DNA from: a virus
Reading direction: 5' to 3' (one strand)
IMG/VR virus record: IMGVR_UViG_3300037851_000359
Coordinates: 64,001 to 128,000 of that record
DNA length: 64,000 bases
Shown here: positions 10,811 through 21,656 of the stretch, piece by piece
Numbering within the stretch: position 1 is the first letter of the stretch
How the letters are laid out: the number at the start of each line of letters is the position of its first letter
Translations under genes and position numbers: made by a program
Notes under the pieces: generated by a model
Databases searched by the model: none
What the model was told of the DNA's origin: nothing
What the model saw: the letters and a program-made list of their open reading frames with translations, nothing else

Positions 10811-11889
10811 GTGGTTTGTCCTGTTATCATGGTTTTGAGTTTGATTAAACCAAGTTTTCCTTTAACGGTTTCTAATGTTCCATGTGGAACATTGCTAACA
10901 CCAAGATGTTTTGCCAGATCATTAATGTCTTTAATTGGATTATTATTTATATGTTTTGGTAACATAACACAAGTTTCATCCATTTCTAATAATTTAATTA
11001 TTTTTTCATACCCTGTTTTATCATGATATGGGGAATCAATGCACCATATTCTATTTTCTGAGTCTATTTCAGACCTTATAAAATCACTTTTTGCTCCAGA
11101 TACGTTACAATTACATAACGAAATGGCGTTATTTATAAACATAGAATCAATAATACCTTCACAGATATAAACTGGTCGATTTTTGCTAATTTGATACCAT
11201 CCATATATTTTTTCATCAGGAAATTCAAAATTTTCAAATAATGCAAATAAATATTTACGATCCCTTCTATATTCATTTGGTTTCGGATGAATATCTCTTG
11301 CTTGAAAATTATAATGTAATCCATTACCATCAATAAAGGGAATAATGACGCGCCAACAATAATCACCTTTATGACAAACATACATTTGATTTAAAAAATA
11401 ATCAGAAATTAACCTATCTTTCATCTTTTTTAAGGCATAATTTCGATATTTTTCCATATTTTTATTATCAGTAATTGGTTCTGTTAACTTTAAACAATTA
11501 TTTTTATAATATTCTTTTAAAAAATCGTCATATTTTTTATTTTCACGAATAATATTTATTTTATTAATAGGTGTTTCAAATGATGGATTGCATATTCTAT
11601 TTTTTACAATATCAAACATATCATTTTTGATACTATTGTATTTTTCTGGAAAATGTTCAGCTAACAACCCTTCAAAATTTGTAGAATATTCACAATTATG
11701 GCAATAAATAGTATAATGAGTATTTTTTTCGATACAATATAAACGAGATTTCTTTTTGTGTTTCTGACTATCCCCACAATGAGGACACCGACCGCATAAA
11801 ATCATAGAATTAGAACCAGATTTTATTATTCTGGCTTTTTCTATAATTTCACAAAAAATATTTTTTACTAACGATTGTGAGAGTTTCAT
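10801..11889 (-). CDS. gp61: DNA primase (gp61-like)
   Basis: Zn finger RCPHCGDS...CHNC, RVIIPF, FQAR, TOPRIM ICEGIIDS, KDIND. Confidence 0.9.
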   Translation of the reverse strand: MKLSQSLVKNIFCEIIEKARIIKSGSNSMILCGRCPHCGDSQKHKKKSRLYCIEKNTHYTIYCHNCEYSTNFEGLLAEHFPEKYNSIKNDMFDIVKNRICNPSFETPINKINIIRENKKYDDFLKEYYKNNCLKLTEPITDNKNMEKYRNYALKKMKDRLISDYFLNQMYVCHKGDYCWRVIIPFIDGNGLHYNFQARDIHPKPNEYRRDRKYLFALFENFEFPDEKIYGWYQISKNRPVYICEGIIDSMFINNAISLCNCNVSGAKSDFIRSEIDSENRIWCIDSPYHDKTGYEKIIKLLEMDETCVMLPKHINNNPIKDINDLAKHLGVSNVPHGTLETVKGKLGLIKLKTMITGQTTWK

Positions 11890-11920
11890 TATTGGATAAT
11901 ATTATATCATCTTAAATATT

Positions 11921-12304
11921 TTAATCAAGAATCAATTTTTTAGTAAATTTGAATTTATGTATAATTTCGTAATCTTTCTTTTCGTATTTTTTAAGAACTT
12001 TAATTTTTTCTGTTAAAATAGCATCTATTTCATTAACTGGTTCAACTAAATTCCAATTTGATAATAATTGAACAATAGTTTTTTGTCGTAATAAATCATT
12101 TTCATCAAAAGTTGATTCTTTATTATATAAACTAAATAATTCTTTAAAATGAACAATTTTATAAATATTTGGATCTTTAGTTGGCAAACAATAACAAGAT
12201 GGATAAAATTTTTTAGTTTTATTATTTCTAATTCCAATTCTTTCTAAAGTTTCTCTAATTATAGAAAAATCTTCTTTTAGTATTACCGCAAGTCCAATAC
12301 TCAT
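11921..12304 (-). CDS. regA: Translational repressor RegA
   Basis: DFSIIRETLERIGI, SCY, YKIVHFKELF, LLSNWNL; T4-like synteny after the gp62-like gene. Confidence 0.9.
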   Translation of the reverse strand: MSIGLAVILKEDFSIIRETLERIGIRNNKTKKFYPSCYCLPTKDPNIYKIVHFKELFSLYNKESTFDENDLLRQKTIVQLLSNWNLVEPVNEIDAILTEKIKVLKKYEKKDYEIIHKFKFTKKLILD

Positions 12305-12798
12305 GATTTTCTTCTTCCTTTTTTAAACCCTGTTTTTTCGCTTATTTCCTTAGCCCAGGATTCTCCCATCATTACAATATATTCAATTGCTTCAGTTTCA
12401 GAACATTCAAAATATTTTACTACATCTTCAATATACTTATGTTTTTCTGTTTGTTTATTTTTAATCCACGGATAAAATGAAAAATCCTTTTCAACAATAT
12501 GCAATAATAATTGATACATTTGCGATGGAGTTAAAACACCTATATATTTATTAACCAGATTACATAATAACACATCATCTTGTTTCATTGATAATCCTTG
12601 AACAATCATATATGAATTCCAAATATGTTTAGTATTTTCTGTTAATAAGTTTCCATTTTTATATTTTCTTATATCATTAATAAAATCAAAAATTGTTAAT
12701 GATTTTGTAGTTACTGAATCATCTTCAGTAACTACAACAGGTTCTTCCTTATCTTTTAATGCTTTACGAATATCTAAACAATTATCGTTATTAATCAT
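12301..12798 (-). CDS. gp62: Clamp loader small subunit (gp62-like)
   Basis: FDFINDI, YMIVQGLS, FYPWIK, KYFECSETEAIEY; upstream of regA. Start probably ATG 12798. Confidence 0.75.
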   Translation of the reverse strand: MINNDNCLDIRKALKDKEEPVVVTEDDSVTTKSLTIFDFINDIRKYKNGNLLTENTKHIWNSYMIVQGLSMKQDDVLLCNLVNKYIGVLTPSQMYQLLLHIVEKDFSFYPWIKNKQTEKHKYIEDVVKYFECSETEAIEYIVMMGESWAKEISEKTGFKKGRRKS

Positions 12799-12802
12799 GT
12801 TA

Positions 12803-13093
12803 TTAACCGATCCGTATTGCATCCTTATGGCCATCTTCAAACACCTTCAATCTGAAACGATCAAAATTAAAACCCAAATTAAAATCTGCATTTAATGGTC
12901 CAGACATACAATCCTCATAAGATGACCAGTATTCTTTATTGGATATCACTTCATCAACAGATGCATAGCATTCGTATTGACATTCGCAAGTTTCTTCGTC
13001 AAAACAACAAGTTCCGTAACCGGATGTTGCAATGCACTCAGCTATGACTTTCGAATCCGACATGGATTTTCCTTTTTTGGAAACGTAGTTCAT
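12803..13093 (-). CDS. Hypothetical Cys-rich small protein
   Basis: In-operon ORF; no recognised family. Confidence 0.5.
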   Translation of the reverse strand: MNYVSKKGKSMSDSKVIAECIATSGYGTCCFDEETCECQYECYASVDEVISNKEYWSSYEDCMSGPLNADFNLGFNFDRFRLKVFEDGHKDAIRIG

Positions 13094-13130
13094 AATAGTC
13101 TAAAGAACTATAAACGACGGATTTATATCA

Positions 13131-13502
13131 TTATACAATTGGTTTTCCTGATTGATCTAACAGAACTTTTTTTCCATTTGCTACATTACCAGCAGCATCT
13201 AAAATAGCGGGTTTTTGTTCTTCTGGTTCTGCTTGTCCTGAGAATGGGCAATTTTCTCTAATAGATTTCATTATTTTTTCTGGAATAGTACTAAAAATTG
13301 GCCCATCATTAAAACATGCTTCAAATTCTTCCTGTGCCATATTTTTTTTCATATTTTTTAATAACATCCACCAAGATTGCCATTCAAGTAATGTCAATTC
13401 CATGGAGGTTGCTAATTGAGATACTTGATCAAGTTTTTCAACTAACATTTTATTAGTTAAATTTCGTTGTTTTGGGTTTTTTCTAAATGCGCTTGCACTC
13501 AT
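13131..13502 (-). CDS. Hypothetical protein
   Basis: AAGGAG Shine-Dalgarno upstream; in operon. Confidence 0.65.
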   Translation of the reverse strand: MSASAFRKNPKQRNLTNKMLVEKLDQVSQLATSMELTLLEWQSWWMLLKNMKKNMAQEEFEACFNDGPIFSTIPEKIMKSIRENCPFSGQAEPEEQKPAILDAAGNVANGKKVLLDQSGKPIV

Positions 13503-13512
13503 TTGTTGCTCC

Positions 13513-14478
13513 TTATCTCATGGCTTTCAGTTTTAAGGCATTGTCAATGTTAGAATTTAATGGAATTGTCAATTTTTCTGGTCGGATAGTGAGGTCTGGT
13601 TTAGAATCATCAACAGAAAGTCCAGTTTGTTGAGACATTTCAGAATACTCAGCCTGAATTTTTTCTAGATATTCGGGTGATATAGTTCCATCTTGAGGTA
13701 TTTCCATCAAGTCCGCATCTGGAAGCATATATTTTTTAGCAATATCAGATTGATCAGATTCTTCAACCATCACGGTTTCCGTTAAATGAGCGCCCGTCTT
13801 TTTTAATAGTTCATATTGTTCTTGAGTTAACGTATCACTAGGACCACCAGTTTCCCTACGATTATTCAAATTCAAATTTTTGCCCGTAGCTGTATTAACC
13901 AAAAGATTAGTGCCTTCATCCATGTTTTCATTACGAGAAATACCCAAGCTAGATAATATTTGACGTTGTTCTTCGGATACGTTGTTGTTTTGGGTGGGAC
14001 TTTTATGTTCCTCCCGAAAAGACAATGAACGAGCATGATTTGGATTCATTGCAGTTGGTTTAGATACTACTACCTTTTTTTCTACTACAGGTTGAACATG
14101 GATAGTAGATTCTGTTATATTTTGTTCATTAGTTTTTTTTGGGATTTCATTTTGAGTAGTTACTGGTACTTCTACCGATTTCGTTTCAGATACTTTAGGT
14201 AAATTTAATTTTTTAACTGGCATAGTACCATTTAATGGGATAAAAGATAGTATAGGAAGGGTATTTGATTGTATTGATGATTGTTTTAATACTGGAAGAA
14301 TATCATTTATAGGATATACATAAATGCTATTGGCTATCACCTGGGCATATTGACTTGGAAAGGTTCTTAAAATTATTTGCATAGCATGTGTTTCATCAGT
14401 AGCTTCCACAAGATATGAATTCATGATACGCTTTTGTCTAGCGTCAAATATATTAACGTAATAGGGTTGGGTATGCAT
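13513..14478 (-). CDS. Hypothetical protein, largely low-complexity/disordered
   Basis: AGGAG precedes ATG 14478 (MHTQPYY), which is preferred over the track start. Confidence 0.65.
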   Translation of the reverse strand: MHTQPYYVNIFDARQKRIMNSYLVEATDETHAMQIILRTFPSQYAQVIANSIYVYPINDILPVLKQSSIQSNTLPILSFIPLNGTMPVKKLNLPKVSETKSVEVPVTTQNEIPKKTNEQNITESTIHVQPVVEKKVVVSKPTAMNPNHARSLSFREEHKSPTQNNNVSEEQRQILSSLGISRNENMDEGTNLLVNTATGKNLNLNNRRETGGPSDTLTQEQYELLKKTGAHLTETVMVEESDQSDIAKKYMLPDADLMEIPQDGTISPEYLEKIQAEYSEMSQQTGLSVDDSKPDLTIRPEKLTIPLNSNIDNALKLKAMR

Positions 14479-14560
14479 TATTTTTCTCCTGAAAAAATGT
14501 TTTATCTTCTCTATTATACCAAAATTCCTAAAATATACATCATAATCAAAATATTTCATT

Positions 14561-15481
14561 TCAATTTTTTAATATTCTCATTAATTCTAATAAACATGCT
14601 ATAAAATTCAATTCTTTATTAACATGTATAACATTTTTATATTGATAATCCGCCAAGGTTATTAAAATTTCTGATATTTTTTCTTCATTATTTGTTATTA
14701 ATTTCACATTTTCAAAAATTTTCTGATATAAAATATCATAATCCATTTTTTGAGTTAAAACATTTTCTCTAATTGATTTAATGGATTTATTTATAATATT
14801 ATAGATTAATAGTTGAATAAGTTCATCTTGACAATTATCAATATAATTTAATTTATTATTAGCACAGCATTTTTGCAATGTATTAATAATTAATCGAATA
14901 TCAGGATAATAATTTTTAATAATTTTAACAATTATATTTTTTCCTTCTGCATCAATTTCGATATTTTTAGCTTTTAATATTGAAACACATTTTTTTGCAA
15001 TTTCGTTTTTATCAGCAACCGCAAAATTAAATAATTGGAACCGTGACCGAACAGGTTCAATTATCTTATTTTCATAATTGGCAGTTAAAATAAATCTTGT
15101 ACCCTTTGCATATTGTTCTGTTACTGCCCTTAATATTTTTTGAGCATCTACTGTCAACCCATCAGCTTCATCCAAAATTATTATTTTTAAGTCAGAAAAT
15201 AATGACACAGAACAAAAATCTTGAACTTTATTTCTAATAGTGTCCATTCCTCGTTCATCAGAGGCATTAATATACAAATATGCATCTTGAGCAATGGTTT
15301 TTGCTAAGATCTTCGCAACGGTAGTCTTTCCGGTTCCTGGTGGGCCAAGAAATAATAAATGAGGAATTGAATTGTTTTTTATATAATCTTCAAATTTTGA
15401 TAAATTCTCTTGAATTCCTATAACATCTGATATATTATTTGGTCTAAATTCTTCCACCCATGGAAAATTTATATCAGTCAT
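14561..15481 (-). CDS. gp44: Clamp loader large subunit (gp44/RFC-like AAA+)
   Basis: PWVEEFRP, GPPGTGKTT, INASDERG, IILDEAD, SRF; SD before ATG 15481. Confidence 0.93.
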   Translation of the reverse strand: MTDINFPWVEEFRPNNISDVIGIQENLSKFEDYIKNNSIPHLLFLGPPGTGKTTVAKILAKTIAQDAYLYINASDERGMDTIRNKVQDFCSVSLFSDLKIIILDEADGLTVDAQKILRAVTEQYAKGTRFILTANYENKIIEPVRSRFQLFNFAVADKNEIAKKCVSILKAKNIEIDAEGKNIIVKIIKNYYPDIRLIINTLQKCCANNKLNYIDNCQDELIQLLIYNIINKSIKSIRENVLTQKMDYDILYQKIFENVKLITNNEEKISEILITLADYQYKNVIHVNKELNFIACLLELMRILKN

Positions 15482-15743
15482 TAGATTTCCTTTCTTGTCG
15501 AATAACATCTTCTACATGATTTAAAAATATTGTATCTTCCTCTTTAATACAGTCAATAGCAGTTTCAATAATAATTAAATCCATCACGCTGTATGAGGTA
15601 GGATTATTTTTAACTTCAAATAATACATCATCTAGTTTTTGCAATATAGTTGGATCATCAGTTTGAATATTACCGCATAATTTTTGAAGTTTTTCACTTA
15701 TCGCAAAAGTTAAAAATATAGGATGTTCAGTTAATATACTCAT
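15474..15743 (-). CDS. Hypothetical protein
   Basis: Overlaps both neighbours (ATGA-type coupling). Confidence 0.55.
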   Translation of the reverse strand: MSILTEHPIFLTFAISEKLQKLCGNIQTDDPTILQKLDDVLFEVKNNPTSYSVMDLIIIETAIDCIKEEDTIFLNHVEDVIRQERKSND

Positions 15744-16486
15744 ATAATTGCCTTTGCAACACAGAAAATCATGTCAAAATCTTTGTCTTCGCACTCAATC
15801 AATGAAAATTTATCAGAGACACTAATTTTCATAGTATTAAATGAATTTCCTAAAATAGTTTGAAAGGTATCCTTTTTAAATACTGTTTCAAAACTTGTTG
15901 TAAGATATGCAGGAATTTCAACGGAATAACTATTTATAGACACTCCTGTATTTTTTATAGTAAGAATTAAATTATTATTTGTATTATAACCATTAATAAA
16001 CACAAATGGTTCATTTGACAATACAGACATAGCTTTAGTAAATTTTGAAAAATTATCATCATAATTAAAGGTGCACAACCAATTTACATTTGCTAAATTT
16101 TTTGTGAATTCTTTACAAACATCTAAATCTGCGGTTTGGTATGTTATTTTATTCTTATTTTGTGATATAGAGAATGATTTATCTTTTCCAAAATTTATTT
16201 TTATTGCATCTTCCTCAAATACAGAAAACAAATTAATAAATTCAGTCAGTTTAACAATCCCAATTTTTATTTCTTCTTCATCAAATTTAAAATCATCAAA
16301 AATATTTTTATAATTAATAAAAATTACTGAACCATTATTTAATGTTGAGATTTTTCCAATTATCTTATCATTTTTCCTTTTAATATTAAGAATAACACCC
16401 GTATTTTCAACGAATGCTGATAATATTTTAAGAGGCTTACAGAAAGATTTTACATCATTTTTAGTCTTAAATGTTCCTGAAAACAT
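15740..16486 (-). CDS. gp45: Sliding clamp (gp45-like)
   Basis: 248-aa beta-rich protein, IGIVKLTEFINLFSVF resembles gp45; upstream of gp44. Confidence 0.75.
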   Translation of the reverse strand: MFSGTFKTKNDVKSFCKPLKILSAFVENTGVILNIKRKNDKIIGKISTLNNGSVIFINYKNIFDDFKFDEEEIKIGIVKLTEFINLFSVFEEDAIKINFGKDKSFSISQNKNKITYQTADLDVCKEFTKNLANVNWLCTFNYDDNFSKFTKAMSVLSNEPFVFINGYNTNNNLILTIKNTGVSINSYSVEIPAYLTTSFETVFKKDTFQTILGNSFNTMKISVSDKFSLIECEDKDFDMIFCVAKAII

Positions 16487-16507
16487 AATAACCCTTCTTG
16501 TTGTTCA

Positions 16508-16535
16508 ATTTTAACAGTATATTTATTAAAGTCAA
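16508..16535 (-). promoter_or_regulatory. Sigma70-type promoter for the clamp operon
   Basis: TTGACT-N16-TAAAAT with a TG extension. Confidence 0.6.
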
Positions 16536-18424
16536 GTGGATAACCATACTTTACGAACAGTAGGATCATCGCCAAATGCTAATTTAAGACTTTCTTTAGA
16601 TTTAGAATCATTACTGACTTTTATTAAATTTGGATTTTGATTCAACATATAATCCCACGCTTCCGTTCCACATGATCCCAATCCTTTAAAATATGATATT
16701 TCATATGCTGATGAATGCCTACCCTTCATATATTCTTCAAAGGTTCCTTTATTATAAAAATAATTAACATTTTTATTTTTATCAATAACTTCATATAAAG
16801 GCGATTCTAAAATATAAATCATACCATATTCAAATAATTCAGGCCAAAATTTATAAAAAAAGTTAATAAGCAAACATCTAATAGCATAACCGTCCATATC
16901 CTGGTCAGTCGCAATAATTATTTTTCCATAATTTAAATTGTGTGAAAACCCATCACTATGAGGTTTTATTGGTCGTTCGCCTATCTTCAATCCTACAACA
17001 GCCATGATTGATTGCAATTCTTTATTATCAACAACATCCTTAATTGGGCTTTCATGAACATTTAAAATCTTTCCTCGTAAAGGCAGTCCTGCCATCAACT
17101 TAGAGTCACGAACCATAGATAAATTTGATATTGCCGAATCGCCTTCTGTAATATATAAACTACATTTATTCCTATCACGATGGGAACATTCTATTAATTT
17201 TGGAATTCTTTTACGATCTAAATTCTTTTGTTTCTTTTTAATCTCAGATAATAATTTTATATCATTCTTTTCATTAACATCTGTAACTATCTTTTCTATC
17301 ATTTTTGGCAAATTATTTAGCATGATATTAATTCTACGAGTAGAAAATAAATCATTAAAATAATTTTCGAAATCTTTTCTATCATTTACTAATTTTTCTT
17401 TAGTCTGTCCTTCAAATACAGGGGATTTCCAATTTAATAATACAATCATAAACATATTTTTTGATACATCTTGTGTAGTTATTTCTAATTTATTTTCTTT
17501 TTTAATTTTTTCTTTAATTGTAGAAATAAATACATCTTTAAAATAATCAATATGTGTACCACCACGATAAGTATCAGCACCATTAACATTTGAAATAAAA
17601 TCAAATATTTCTTCTTTATTTTTACAAATCGCTATTCGAATACCATCTTTAACTGATTCATATATTGAAAATTCATCAGAGAATTTTTTAATTAATTCTT
17701 CAAATTTTGGATTATAAAAATTATAAGTCTTAATAGTATTGTCTGCATTAATTATTTCTAATTTAAATTCAATCTTTGGAAACATATAAGACAATTCAAA
17801 ACACCGTTTAACAATAAGTTTAGGATTTATGGGTATTTGAAAAATTTTAGAATCAGGTTTAAAAATGATTTTGGTTCCAGTATTTCTTGATTTATGATCC
17901 ACTATTTTAGGTTTAGAAATCTTTGAAAGATTGTTTTCGTATTTTTGGGTATAAATTTTATTATCTCGTTTAATTTCGATAGTAAATTGTTCTGAGAATA
18001 TAGCAGTTAATGAAGCACCAACACCATTCATACCAACTGACATTCTATTATCGTCAGAGAAGTTGCTTCCAGACCGCAATTGAGTAAATACTACTTGCGG
18101 AGTAGGTATTTTGGCATCTTTATGTATCTCAATAGGTATTCCTCTTGCATTATCAGAAACCGTAATAAATCCAGTTTGTTGATTGTATTCAATACAAATT
18201 CGATCCCCATGCCCTTTAATATGTTCATCAACACAGTTATCAACAATTTCGCAAAATATTTTATATTCTCCTGGGATATAATCTAAATTTTCTTTAATTA
18301 ATTCTTGATTATCATTTAAAATCCAGAATGGTTGATTTGTTATTTTTTTTGAACCAATATACATTTCACTACGCAAAATACAATGTTCAACATCATTTAA
18401 TATTTTTATGTCTTGCCCGGTCAT
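16532..18424 (-). CDS. gp39: Type II topoisomerase ATPase/TOPRIM subunit (gp39+60 fused)
   Basis: MYIGS, EIVDNCVDE, GMNGVGAS, TEGDSA, PLRGKILN, DQDMDG, YFKGLGS. Confidence 0.95.
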   Translation of the reverse strand: MTGQDIKILNDVEHCILRSEMYIGSKKITNQPFWILNDNQELIKENLDYIPGEYKIFCEIVDNCVDEHIKGHGDRICIEYNQQTGFITVSDNARGIPIEIHKDAKIPTPQVVFTQLRSGSNFSDDNRMSVGMNGVGASLTAIFSEQFTIEIKRDNKIYTQKYENNLSKISKPKIVDHKSRNTGTKIIFKPDSKIFQIPINPKLIVKRCFELSYMFPKIEFKLEIINADNTIKTYNFYNPKFEELIKKFSDEFSIYESVKDGIRIAICKNKEEIFDFISNVNGADTYRGGTHIDYFKDVFISTIKEKIKKENKLEITTQDVSKNMFMIVLLNWKSPVFEGQTKEKLVNDRKDFENYFNDLFSTRRINIMLNNLPKMIEKIVTDVNEKNDIKLLSEIKKKQKNLDRKRIPKLIECSHRDRNKCSLYITEGDSAISNLSMVRDSKLMAGLPLRGKILNVHESPIKDVVDNKELQSIMAVVGLKIGERPIKPHSDGFSHNLNYGKIIIATDQDMDGYAIRCLLINFFYKFWPELFEYGMIYILESPLYEVIDKNKNVNYFYNKGTFEEYMKGRHSSAYEISYFKGLGSCGTEAWDYMLNQNPNLIKVSNDSKSKESLKLAFGDDPTVRKVWLST

Positions 18425-19077
18425 TCTAGCCCCATTTCTTTGTATGCTTGGTTTCTTGCTTCAATAATTTTTTTCATATCGTTTTCATTTCCGCCAAAAT
18501 CAGGATGGCATTTTTTAGCTAATTCTCTAAATTTTTTATTTATAAGTTCTTTATTTACAATAGTTTCGGTTATTTGTAATGTTTGCCTCCATAATATTTT
18601 AGTTGGTTCTGGTTGTTTTGGTGGTGGTTGATTATAAGTCTTTGATCTATTATTGTCAAATTTTTTATTTTTTTGTTCTTGTTGTTTTAATTTTTCATCA
18701 GCTAATTTCAATGCTTGCCTGAACAAACTATTCGGTCCATAATATGAACTAACGTCTGTATCCCAATTAATACGATTTAAATGATCGTAATCATTATTAA
18801 CAATTTTTGGAAGTACTGATGTGTGACTAGTAAATAAATTATCATATTCCTTTTTTTGATTTATTAAATGTTTTTTTAATAATTCTGCCTGAGTATCTGA
18901 AAATTTATGTTCAATTTCTCGGACAATCAATGATGCAATTTTATATCTACATTTTTCATCATTAATATTTAACGAAGTTTTGATATTATTTGGGGCGGAA
19001 TCCCACCATTCTTGTATTTCATAGAATGTAATGGGAATCCCATTTACTTCATAAATTGCATCACCAACTCTATTCAT
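18421..19077 (-). CDS. Protein with a C-terminal DnaJ (J) domain
   Basis: INKKFRELAKKCHPDFGG...MKKIIEARNQA (HPD motif). Confidence 0.8.
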   Translation of the reverse strand: MNRVGDAIYEVNGIPITFYEIQEWWDSAPNNIKTSLNINDEKCRYKIASLIVREIEHKFSDTQAELLKKHLINQKKEYDNLFTSHTSVLPKIVNNDYDHLNRINWDTDVSSYYGPNSLFRQALKLADEKLKQQEQKNKKFDNNRSKTYNQPPPKQPEPTKILWRQTLQITETIVNKELINKKFRELAKKCHPDFGGNENDMKKIIEARNQAYKEMGLE

Positions 19078-20374
19078 GTGCTATTGAATTAACTTTCTTT
19101 AAAATATTGTCATTACAATCTAATTTTATAAATTTTCTGGTATAAAATAATTGGGGATTATTAACAACATCTGGAGTATCAATATAATGAATATTAGCAT
19201 CATTTATTTTGAAAAATTCCGTTAAAATCATTTCAATTGTATATGGGATTCCAGAAACATTTGTAATAGTTGAATAAAAATTAAAATCATGTATAAATTT
19301 TTTGCTAATAAATTCTGATATATCATCAACATCAGTCAACATTATTTTTAAATTCTTCGGAATTGAAATTTTATTATTCTTATAAGCATTATATAACTTA
19401 TTAATAGCATTATGAGTATCATTCTTATCTTGTGAAAATAAATTTGCCAATCTAATTATTTTTATATATTTTTCTGCATTAGCAATCACATTAATATCTG
19501 GAAACACTAATATTTGATCAAACCAAGTTTCTAATTCTTTTTTAGACTTTGTATAATTTCCAATTTTTCCTTGTTGATATACATAATCAGTAGAAAAATG
19601 TAATAAATATATAGAATTATGAATACATAATTCTATTAAATGCTTTGGCACCAAATAATTCGAAAAATCAAACAAAGATTCATCATTATTTTGAACATTT
19701 GTTTTACCAATACAATTTATAATATAATTCGGAATTTTTGATTTAGTTGCTTTTATATTATTAATAAAAGTTGTTATATCTTCAATTTTTTCAAACTTTT
19801 GTGTAACCGGAATTACATGATAATTATATTTATGCATATCTTTATACAATTTCGCAACGACAGATTTTCCAAGACGGCCAGATGCCCCTAATACATATAT
19901 ATTCTTACTTGGAGTAATAGTGTGTTCATGTCGAATTTCATCAACCTCTTCAGCCTTATTAACACCTTTATATAACGAAGACGGAAAGTTTGCCGTGACC
20001 GCAATATTTGAATATGATGTATTAATATATGAATGAATAATTTCAGGTTCAACCTTAATTCGATAAACTTTATTGGGATCAGTCATAAAATATTCAAACT
20101 TTTCTCCATCTGAAAATATATAAACCATTGATGAACAAATAGTTAGAAACCAATCACATTGTTCTTTGTGCTCATGAGGACCACGCATCACCAATGGATT
20201 TGTATAGGAAAAATAACACATCTTTGGATCAAATTTTCCATCTTGATAAACATCGTCATCTATTCGCCATAATTCACTAACCCAACCACGGGTATCTGTG
20301 TAATTTTTTATAACATCAATCTTAACTTTATTATCAAAATAATTTATAATGTTTTCGGTTTCTATTGTTTTCAT
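19070..20374 (-). CDS. RmlC-like epimerase (cupin) fused to an RmlD-like reductase
   Basis: N-terminal DTRGWVSE...RGPHEH cupin; C-terminal VLGASGRLG, STDYVY, YTKSK (SDR YxxxK). Confidence 0.8.
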   Translation of the reverse strand: MKTIETENIINYFDNKVKIDVIKNYTDTRGWVSELWRIDDDVYQDGKFDPKMCYFSYTNPLVMRGPHEHKEQCDWFLTICSSMVYIFSDGEKFEYFMTDPNKVYRIKVEPEIIHSYINTSYSNIAVTANFPSSLYKGVNKAEEVDEIRHEHTITPSKNIYVLGASGRLGKSVVAKLYKDMHKYNYHVIPVTQKFEKIEDITTFINNIKATKSKIPNYIINCIGKTNVQNNDESLFDFSNYLVPKHLIELCIHNSIYLLHFSTDYVYQQGKIGNYTKSKKELETWFDQILVFPDINVIANAEKYIKIIRLANLFSQDKNDTHNAINKLYNAYKNNKISIPKNLKIMLTDVDDISEFISKKFIHDFNFYSTITNVSGIPYTIEMILTEFFKINDANIHYIDTPDVVNNPQLFYTRKFIKLDCNDNILKKVNSIAHE

Positions 20375-20652
20375 AATTCATTGCTCTGTTTATGGGAAAA
20401 AATGTATGGTTTATATCCTTCAGGAGTATAAACCGCAAAAAATACCATATTTAATCCATGATGATATAAAGAAACTCTTAAAGTATCATTATAATTCCTA
20501 GAATGATATATATAATTTGAATTAAATTTTTTCATATCATTCTCAATTTTTTTATGATCATAAGAACCATTATAGGATACAATAGATGGTATAATATGAT
20601 TATTAAAAAAATCAATAAATGATTGTCGTAAATCATCAATTGTTTTCGACAT
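20371..20652 (-). CDS. Hypothetical protein
   Basis: In-operon ORF with AAGGA SD. Confidence 0.55.
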   Translation of the reverse strand: MSKTIDDLRQSFIDFFNNHIIPSIVSYNGSYDHKKIENDMKKFNSNYIYHSRNYNDTLRVSLYHHGLNMVFFAVYTPEGYKPYIFSHKQSNEL

Positions 20653-21634
20653 GCCACAATTCCTTATAATATTTAATTGTTTCTTCTAAGGATTGCTCAA
20701 ATGGAGTATCATATAATGAAGATATATTAGAATCCGTAGTTAACGCATACATTAAATCATGCCCTTTCCGATCAGTAATATATTCAACTTTTGAATCAAT
20801 ATTAAAACTATTTTTAACATAATTTTGTATTTTTTGAACAATTTGATTATTAGTGAATAAGTTTTTTTCATCTGCAATATGAATTATATTAGGATTGAAA
20901 GTACTTTCCAATTCTATATATTTTTTAAGTATCTTAACGGTATCCTTAACATAAGTCCATTGTCTAATATTATTTCCAGTACCGTAAATTAAAATTGGAG
21001 ATTTAGTAAATATTCTATAAAGAGTTGCGGGAATCATTTTTTCATAATGTTGGTGCAATCCGAATTGATTAGCAAGCCTAAATATTACTAATTTCATTCC
21101 AAATGTATGGGAAATAGAATTTAAAAAAGATACTTGAGCGGTTTTTGATGCTGCATACGGGTTGCTTGGTCTATATGGATCAGTAATTTTGAACCATTTT
21201 TCTTTCGGAGTATCCAATTCTAGACTTCCATAATTTTCGTCAGTATCAATGTGATAAAAAATATCAATCTTGTCCATTCCTATCCAAGAAACTAAATCAC
21301 TCGTCAGCAAAGCGTTTTCATTATATAGACCAAATGGATTTTTGATAGAATTATCAACATGAGATTCAGATGCAAAATTTACAACATCACATTTATATCC
21401 AATACGATAATCTGTCATTGCTTTACAGCTTTGAATACTTATATTAAGCATTTCAATATTATTTTCATAACATAGTTTTGCATAATTGTGTTTATTTAAT
21501 TGGGCGGCATATCCCATTTTATCAACAGAAATTACTCCTACATATTTTTTAATAAAACCAGTCTCACATATATGCTTCAAAAAATTAAATCCTATGAATC
21601 CTGCACAACCAGTTAAAATTAAAAGTTTTTGCAT
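20636..21634 (-). CDS. rmlB: dTDP-glucose 4,6-dehydratase
   Basis: TGCAGFIG, NFASESHVDNSI, TDE, NPYAASK, DRKGHD. Confidence 0.9.
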   Translation of the reverse strand: MQKLLILTGCAGFIGFNFLKHICETGFIKKYVGVISVDKMGYAAQLNKHNYAKLCYENNIEMLNISIQSCKAMTDYRIGYKCDVVNFASESHVDNSIKNPFGLYNENALLTSDLVSWIGMDKIDIFYHIDTDENYGSLELDTPKEKWFKITDPYRPSNPYAASKTAQVSFLNSISHTFGMKLVIFRLANQFGLHQHYEKMIPATLYRIFTKSPILIYGTGNNIRQWTYVKDTVKILKKYIELESTFNPNIIHIADEKNLFTNNQIVQKIQNYVKNSFNIDSKVEYITDRKGHDLMYALTTDSNISSLYDTPFEQSLEETIKYYKELWHVENN

Positions 21635-21656
21635 AGTCTGAATCCTTTATAAAAGT

